Source of the DNA: the human T2T-CHM13v2.0 reference genome, Homo sapiens
Reading direction: 5' to 3' (one strand)
DNA: 64,000 bases
Assembly (NCBI RefSeq): GCF_009914755.1
Contig: NC_060937.1
The notes under the pieces were generated by a model. It was not told the origin of the DNA, made no database searches, and saw nothing but the letters and a program-made list of their open reading frames with translations. Numbering within the stretch: the stretch's first letter is position 1; each line of letters starts with the position of its first letter. Shown here one piece after another: positions 55,266 to 64,000 of the stretch. Made by a program: the position numbers and the translations under genes.

Positions 55266-56164
55266 CTGCCAAAAGAATCAAATTTAATCTTTCAATTTAA
55301 TCTTTAAAATTTAAAATTTATCCCATAATTCAATGTTCACTTGAACACCCAAATATCACTTTAGACTTAAACCATACTGCCATTGAAATTTGTCATGAAA
55401 TTGTTTCTCTCAGATACTTGACGAAGTTTTAAACAAAACGTGAAATCTATTTAAGTAAAATGGTTACTTAACAACAACAGCAACAACAAAAACCCTACCC
55501 TTCTCTACTAAATTGCTCTATAAGTGGTCAGGAACAAAAACAATGCTCAATTCTCCAGCACCATTTTTTGTTGTTGTTATTGTTGTAATCTACCCAAGTC
55601 CACTGTTTTCCCTATTTCTGTTGTTATCCCCTCTATCTTTGTATTAGTAGCTCTTCTGGACCTGTTGTTTCTGTCATCACTCCTTGTCTTGTGAACCTGC
55701 TGTTGTGCCAGAAATGTTATTCTTACTTATGCAATCAGTGCTTTGCAATGATTAAGCCATAAGACAATGTCCAATCTTTGCCATTTCAAGTAACTACACA
55801 TCCCCACCCACATCTGATCTCAGGGATGTGATTCTCATATCAAACATCTAGGAGAAAACTAAGCCAGACCTGATCCAATTAGTCTTTGGGAAACTCAGGT
55901 TTCTCTTCCTCTGTGAAATTTCTACTGAACACCCCAGGGAGAAGCATGATCTCTTTCACTTTAAAATCGATACGCTAAGTTTTTGTAGCTTTCACTTGGT
56001 AAATGATTAACTTTCTTATAACTTTCTTAAAATCAGGATGTTATTTATATAAATTTATACAGAAACATATATAAAAGAGATCACTTTCCATATGATCTCT
56101 GAAATTTTTTACTTAAGATTAAACCTTATATTTCTTTTTATCTCTTACAGTACTTTGCACATAA

Positions 56165-56594
<430 letters not shown>

Positions 56595-58767
56595 CTTCTT
56601 AACATATTTTTTTAAACAAATTCAATCCATTCTGAACACTCTTGAAGATATAAAATATAGTATAAATATAAGATAGCCTCTCTTTAACACTAGAAATATA
56701 GCTGCGTCTTCATCTTTGATAAAACACACATTCAAAGTTAGTGCTTTTTAATTCTATGATATTTTTATATACCAAAATGGAATAATTGCTTTAAATAATA
56801 TAGGTAAAATAAAACAAAGGATACAGTATGAAAGATTCATTAAAAATACTATAAAAATACTAATCATTTTTGTTAGGGTGAAATACACTTCTTCCATTAA
56901 TACTACCTTAAATTGGATTAGAATAGGAAACATTCAGTAGAACAAGGAAGGTCTTCATTTACACGAAAGAATAATTTATAATTATTTGTTAACAATAGCT
57001 TGCACTGTTTTTTTTTGTTTTTTTTAATTCAGCCATGAACGTGTTATGGAACATGTTATGAACTCAGAAAATGTTCCCCCCTGTGAAGCTGGTCAGGTCT
57101 ACGTAGTGAAATTTCATATAGGCTCTTAATTTGGGGCATTATTAATATTTCTTTAAGGCACAGGTTTTTACATAAAATGGACTACAGTAGTAAATAATTA
57201 ATATTATTTTCTAATCCAAATTTATTGAGAATTTCAAAGAATCTTAAAGAAAAATCATCTATACAATAGTTGGACTTGAAACAGTTTCAGTGAAAGTACA
57301 GAATTAATTTAAATCCTAGGTGAATTTTCTGTTTTCTTCCTTCCTTCCTCTCTTCTTTCCTTCTTTCCTCCCTATGCATCCCCCCACTTTCTTTTTTCCA
57401 AAAAACAGTTAAGAACTTAGACAATAACACACTATTTTATGTTTTTTCATCTTTATTTTCAGGTACTCTGCTTATAATTACTATTAATTTTATGTAGTTA
57501 AGCTAATATAATATAAAATGTCACCTACTGAATAAATCAAGTTAATATTGTAATTGATTTTTCTGGATTGCTTGTGATTACTTACTTTCAACAGAGGCTG
57601 GTTTTGTACTTACATTTACTTTCTCATTTTCACATTATTGATTGCAATTGCTGCAAAAAATGGAATTGTTGTGTCTATTGTTTTATGGTATTAATTAATT
57701 TTATTTACTCATGGATTACATTTTGAGTAATTACATTATGACAAAGTAACACTAATGTAAATAAATTACTTTATTTGAATACACTACTATTGGTATTTAT
57801 AAGTAAACCTCTCATTCCATAAAAAATCTTTGTGATTAGAACAAAATCAATACCATAATTTTTCACTCTTTCCTACACACCACAAGACACAGTAATCCTT
57901 GTTTACATAGCTGTTAATCAGTGTCAAATTGAAGAACAATTTTTAAAAATATCCAGCAGGGGATGATCCTAGACCTCATATTTAACACTTTAATCAGTGG
58001 CCTAAGCATTTTGCTTAGTGTCAAATGACCCTCACAATTGTACATTACAGGAAGGGCATTTTCAGAAGTTTTTAAAATATGTGCATAAAATGGTAATAAG
58101 CAGCAAACTAAGGAATAACAAAATCAGAACTATGTAACTCCATAAGGAAACCTGACTGTGAAAATAGCAGAAAGAGAGAATTTAGCAACATGCAAGTACA
58201 ACAGTAAAATGTCAAGAATCTCAATGTTTATTAATCAAAAGCATACTATTGTATTAATAGGTAAGAAGGGAATGGTGATATGGGCATGAATAAATAGTGA
58301 GATAAAAATTAGGAATCTTTAGCTAGTTTTACAATAATAGGCATTTATTTTATTCAAGAGTAAATAAACTCTATAGATAACTATATAAATAAATTCCAAA
58401 ACAGTTCTAGAAAACATGCTCTAGACACCACTTAGAATCAAAGAAAGGTAAAAGCTGAAAGACCTAAATGAAAGACTATAAGGAGCGAATTTCCCTTTCA
58501 AGTATAGGAAAATTGTATGTTAGCTATGTTGCATTTAAGTTTAGAGACGAATTGAACTACTAAAAGTGTAGAATACAATTAATATTGCACTTAAGTTTTT
58601 CAGGAAATGTAATGCTTTCTACATTGCACTGGGTTACAGGGGAATGGCTTTAAAGGTCTTTGCCTGGAGAATACTAAAATTAAAATGAATTTTCCACTTC
58701 TGATAATGACAATCTTTGCGATTGAGTTTAACCACCATGATAAAAACAATAAAGGAGCTAGAACAGA

Positions 58768-58771
<4 letters not shown>

Positions 58772-58823
<52 letters not shown>
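58772..58823. repeat. (AC)26 microsatellite
   Basis: Direct reading, uninterrupted. Confidence 0.97.
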
Positions 58824-58826
<3 letters not shown>

Positions 58827-59159
58827 CATTTTCTTCCTTTTGCCGTAGCTATAGCGGACATTCAAGGGCCTGGAGCATGAGCCGCTGCCCCAGGAGCCCT
58901 GCCTGCCCCGACACCCAGCCCAGCTTGCCAATGGCGGACTCAAACGCCGCTGACTGCCACCCACACGCCCTCCCCAGACCACCGTGTTCAGTTTGTATTT
59001 TCGATTGAGAATGGTTTGAGGAAAAATGATATGTGTACTGCATGTGAGGAATTTTGTCTTAAGCACTGAGGCTAGAGATACTCACTGAGGCATAACCTCA
59101 CTAACACAGTTTATTACATCTAGTTTATCTTTACGAACACACTTCTCAACCAAAACAAA

Positions 59160-59650
59160 TGCAAATGTAATGATATATTTAAATAATAAAAAATAACTTT
59201 CAATCTAGATGTCAATACCCTGAGAATGTATTTTTGAAAAATAAAGATAAGATGGCATTTCCAGAAAAAAAAAATTTGACAGAATTCAACATTGCTGATC
59301 TGTTTTGCAGGCAGATGCAAATAATAAAGGGTATTCTTGGCAACTAATTATAAAATGTATACAGAAATGCAAAGGACCAAGAATATCTAAAGACATTTAA
59401 TAAAAAGAACAAAGTGGGAGAAGTTATTCTAATAAACATCAAAAAATACAATAAAACTACAGTAATGAAGATGAATAGCAAAAGTGGTAAAATTGAGAGT
59501 GCAGAAACATCCATGACTGTATGAAAGATTAATGTAAGACATATTGGAATAAAAGTGGTCTCCAAAGTAGAAAGAAAGTATGAAATTTTTCATACATTAT
59601 TCTAGAACAACAGCAAAAATTTAGAGACAAAAGCTGAAACTTGATCTTAC
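59160..59650 (+). mobile_element. L1ME-like fragments
   Basis: aaatgcaaaggaccaagaata...aaaagaacaaagtgggag...aaaactacagtaat ORF2 motif. Confidence 0.6.
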
Positions 59651-61355
59651 TTAAAAGCACAAGCAAAAAAAGCAAAAATGTAAAAGCAAGAACAATATGA
59701 TTTCAGACCATAATGTAAAGTCTTTTTCTTTTTTTCTTTTTATCTCTTCTTCCATTTTTCTTTTCTCTTTCACTTTTTCCTTTCTTCCCCTTAGCTTTCC
59801 CTTCCTGAATAGATCCGTCGAAAATCCATTAGGTAGGACAGAAGCTGGTGTCTGCATGAGTGTGTGTCTGTGTGTGTGTGTGTTGAGTGTTGAGTATTGG
59901 TGGTCTAAAGCAGGGTGTTGAAACTCAAGCCAGGTGAGAAGAATGTCTGTGCAGGAGGGTCATGGACAAGTGCAATGTGCGTGATCACATGTTGGGTAAT
60001 AAATACACAGGCAAAATAAAGCAAACAAGCATGGGGTGTTAAAGTGTATGTTTGGTAAGGAGGCATTCACACAGGTCGGCAGCCTGGCACAGACTAAAAG
60101 CTTGAGTACAGTTAGAGTGCCCTTTCACAGATGGTTTTCCGATCATAAAACGTAACCTACAAGCACAACCTCCATTGATTCTCTTGGTGATGTTGGTGCC
60201 CATCTTAACAGAGTCTCTTATTGATTTTATAATGCCACGTTCACACACTTTCACAAAATGTCCACATCGTGTGTTTTGCAACCTTACAGAATATATGCAC
60301 TCTAGAATATCCAATAATCTGAGCCTTTTGATTTCTTCTGTCACCATCTACCAGAGCAGTTTTGACATTTTAACTTAATGTATACAGCTATGTCTTTATG
60401 CTTCTAATAGCCATCCTAAGAGCACGTCAGTGTCCTTGCCTGGATGTTACATTCTGTATCATAAGACAATGTTTCCATATTGATAAACTCTCTTTTAACC
60501 GACCTTGTTATCTACATATCTTCTCTTGATTTGGTATCCTCAGAATGCAGTCCTGTATTTATTTTATTGGGTTATGTGAATACTTATTTACTGAGTATTT
60601 AGATTTAGATAGAGTTTTATGTTTTTTCCTTAGGATGCCTAGCACTATGCTGGCTAAGTTATGTTTGACGTCATTTATTTGTCTAGATATCTAGGGTTGT
60701 TCCTGTCTTGTAATGAAGAGCCCTTTGCATTGTCTTCCAAAACAGGGAGAGTGCTAGCCTTGAAGAGCCAGATGTAGGCTATGACTGCAGAGAAATTTGA
60801 TTCCCAGGGAATTCCAGAAATTCAAAAATTTCAACCAAGATCTTCCCATCCCTTATCCTACACACTTACTTCTCAGCCTGATGGTAGTGTGGTGTACCTT
60901 CCAGGACTGATAATTCAATCTTCCCTAGTTCCTGCTTACTCCTATATTGAGTCCTAGACCTAGTCTTTAGATTTTCTGCCCACTGATTGTAGGAGATAAG
61001 AGTCTATTTATAGCTCTTAAGTGGACCTTCTGGCCTCACACTTCACTTGTCTTTCTCTAAAGCGTTTAACACCCAAGCAACAGCTATCCAATTCTGTTTC
61101 CCTTATAACTGTGATTCCTGATTCCTCCACTACATGTCGAATTCTTAATATGTTGCATCAGCCATTTCATTTTCTATTTCCAGTATGTTACCTTAGTTGA
61201 GTGAAATTTTTAACAGTTGTACTGCTACCATATGCCAAGGACTATGAATAGTCCATCCACAACCAGTGATGGGGTTCTCATTGCCTGCTAACAATGATCT
61301 AGCTCCAAAATCTTAGTTCTGAGTCTGCTCTTTTGGACCTCTCCTGGCAATGACT

Positions 61356-61785
61356 CTAGTAGGTTGGGTAAATGTCTTTGAAAGCAAGACTCTAAGAAAG
61401 AAATTCATGCAAGAAGTTAATGGAGGTTCTTAGGATGAACAACTGTAGGATGGGAAAGAGGGAAAAGTTGAAATGTACTGAAGTAAGAGTAAAAGATTTA
61501 GTCAATCCTTCCGGGAGCTCTAGAGCTGGGTTAGGCTTACAAAATTGCTCTAAGTAAAGGCAGAGGATCAGGACATTTATATATCACATTGAACTATCAC
61601 TGGATTCAGCCTGCCCCAGAAATGGTGGACAAAAGTTTGGGCAAGGTAGCTCTCTTGAGTCCAAGCCAACTGCAAAGAGGTAAATCAGCAGAGAGCTTTC
61701 AGCCATCAATACTCCCAGCATCTAAGACAATGGGTTCTTCCTTCCTGAAAGAGAAAATCTGGATAGCACACCACACTTCTGCAAA
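61356..61785 (-). mobile_element. LTR33-like ERVL LTR
   Basis: aggttggg...aagcaagactctaaga...gggagctctagagc...ttgggcaaggtagctc...cagccatcaatactcccagca. Confidence 0.65.
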
Positions 61786-61889
61786 AAGTTATAAATGGCT
61801 GGGTTAGTTTTCTCGTTTGTTTGTTTCACTTACTGCATTGAACCACAAAATGTTTAATGCTCTCCTTGATCAAATACATACATGACATG

Positions 61890-62191
61890 TGCTATGATTT
61901 GCATGTGTTTCTTCCAAAATTCAGATGTTGCTAATGTGATAGTATTAAGAGGTGGAGACTTGAAGAGATGATCAGGCTGTGAGGTGCCTTCCTTGTTAAT
62001 GGAATGGAAGTCCTTATAACAGGTGTTTCATACAGCATTCAGCTAGTTTGCTAGCCTGCTCTTCCATTGTTCTGCCATGTGAGGACTACAGGTGCTTTGA
62101 TCTTGGACCTCCCAGCCTCCAGAACCGTGAGAAAGTAAATTTCCCTTAAAAAAATTACTTACATTTTGTTATAGCAGCACAGAATAAGACA
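61890..62191 (+). mobile_element. MSTD-like MaLR solo LTR, internally deleted
   Basis: tgctatgatttg...tgtgatagtattaagaggtgg...tcttggacctcccagcctccagaaccgtgaga...taagaca. Confidence 0.8.
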
Positions 62192-63089
62192 GCACGACAG
62201 TGTTATACTACAGAAGGATGTATGAACATGATACCAATTTTGTGTTTTGAATTGTTGAAAAGAAATTTAATTTGTTATTTCCTCCAAGGGTTAGCCATTT
62301 GGGGTTGCCATTATAAGACATCTGCACACTAAGGTTTAGCCTTTTTTTTTTTTTTTGGTTGACATTACAAAACATTTAAACACTTTGCACATTTCTCTGA
62401 AAGGGCTTCCATGACTAGCAAACAAATGTTTGTTCTATTAGTTTAATACTAGCAAAAATGTATCTTTGGAAATTGGATTTGACAAAAACAATTTAAATGA
62501 GTATGCTACACTGAAAGTGGTTTTTGAAAATAAAAGTGATGATCTAAACTACATTCCAATAATTTTAGAGTTTCAGATTAAAACAAAAACTGTTCCCTAA
62601 TTTCAAACTTTACGAAAATGATTTAATAGCATTTGATTTTCTTTTTCAACTAATATGAAAATAAATTAAAGCTCATAAATGGAATTGATTCATATAAAGT
62701 ACTAAACTATGGGACACTAAATATGATAATTCTATAACATACTGAAAGTGATTATATAAAATAGATATTATAAAAAAGACATTGTGCAAACCGTTCTATT
62801 ATATTGGGAAATACCAATGTTTTTCCTAGTTAACAGACTCAATAATGAGTTTTGTTATGCATATTACTAACCAATAAACGTAATTCGTTGCTAATTGACA
62901 TCTTTGTTCACAAGAAAAAAATAGATAACTGTATTCAAATCAAGCAAATAAAATTATGGTAAAATTTTAGTTGCTAAATATGTATGTTTTTCAATTAGTA
63001 CTTTTATGTAGTACTCTCATTCAGTAAAAAACAATGTTTGATACATTTGAGAAAACATATACACAATGGACTGCTAATACACATCTACC

Positions 63090-63672
63090 AAGTAGCTATA
63101 ATTAAAACCTGACAGTAAAGTTTGACTGAGGACCTGAAACAAAAGGACCTTTCATCTACTGCTGGTGGAAGTATAATTGGCACATATTTTTGAAATTAGT
63201 TAGGCATTATATTTTAAAAGTGGAGATTTGCCTATGATATGAGCCAACAATTCTACTTTCAGAGGTAGTAACATAGAAATAGAAATATATGTACACCAAG
63301 AAAGTGTGTAAAGTTATGTATGCACAAAATTATGTATATAGATGATTAGTTATATAACATATGCCTTAATACATGTACAAATGTTTCTATGAATGTATAA
63401 TATATTCCACTTCTTAAAAATTAAACTATACAACTGAACTATACTACTAAGAAATATATGCTTAGTTGCTAAACAACAAAAGAAAGACATGAAAAAATGT
63501 TACCATGAAGTCAATAATTATTTTGGGTAAGAACTGTGCAATGATTCAAGGAGAAATTGGAATGCATACTCTGGAGTACTAACATTGCTATGTAATATGC
63601 TATTCATTGTGATATAATGCATTGAGATGTACATTTCTGTATTTTTTGCATATGTGTTACATTTTTAAACTA
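63090..63672 (+). mobile_element. L1ME-like 3' end
   Basis: actgctggtggaagtataattgg...caacaattctactt...tgtacatttctgta motifs. Confidence 0.6.
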
Positions 63673-63759
63673 ATTTTTCTTATCAAAGTAGATAAGAAAA
63701 ATAAGGTGTTACATTTTTAAACTAATTTTTCTTATCAAAGTAGATAAGAAAAATAAGGT
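63654..63759. repeat. Perfect 2 x 52 bp tandem duplication, each unit containing a 12-bp-stem hairpin
   Basis: gtgttacatttttaaactaatttttcttatcaaagtagataagaaaaataag at 63654 and 63706. Confidence 0.97.
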
Positions 63760-64000
63760 AATCTGTTGTTTGTAAGGATAAAAAGAAAATACCACCATGT
63801 TAGAAAATTAGGAAAAGTATTCTTATATATTTTTCACCTTCCTGGGAGAATAGACTATACTTTTACTTATAATTTCTCTATTCACTTATTATGTAATTAT
63901 TTACTTAATTTTACACAAAATATTTTTATTATTTTTTCTTTACAGACTCCTAATTTGAAATCATGAATTAGTTAATAATCATAAGACGTATTCAAATAGC

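Noticed and set aside
58600-59066. ORFs with HT or CV repeats
   Set aside because: Translation of the (AC)26 microsatellite

Overview
AT-rich, gene-poor primate genomic DNA, almost certainly human because it carries a human-specific AluYb8-type insertion at 42822-42989. I found no intact protein-coding gene, RNA gene or CRISPR array. The supplied ORFs are chance frames or derive from Alu, L1, LTR or microsatellite sequence. The window is mostly layered transposon fossils: Alu J/S/Y/Yb8, L1PA/PB/MA/MB/MC/ME, L2, MIR, MaLR LTRs including a full two-LTR THE1B, ERV LTRs (MER9, MER50, MER67-like, LTR33) and Tigger-family pieces. The best non-routine observations are: (1) a decayed, 5'-truncated SYF2 retrocopy hidden inside an L1MC element and missed by the ORF track; (2) a 3 x ~219 bp tandem array whose middle copy is a recombinant hybrid; (3) an old local duplication that preserves both the empty and the filled site of a THE1 insertion; (4) an ancient L1MA with twin-priming inversion geometry; (5) a micro-inversion at a (TA)n tract; (6) a young truncated AluYb8; (7) an inverted Alu pair only 27 bp apart; (8) an unexplained CpG-rich ~180 bp segment. 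I see no support for a new multi-component biological system. Repeat subfamily names come from my recollection of consensus sequences, and boundaries of old elements are approximate.
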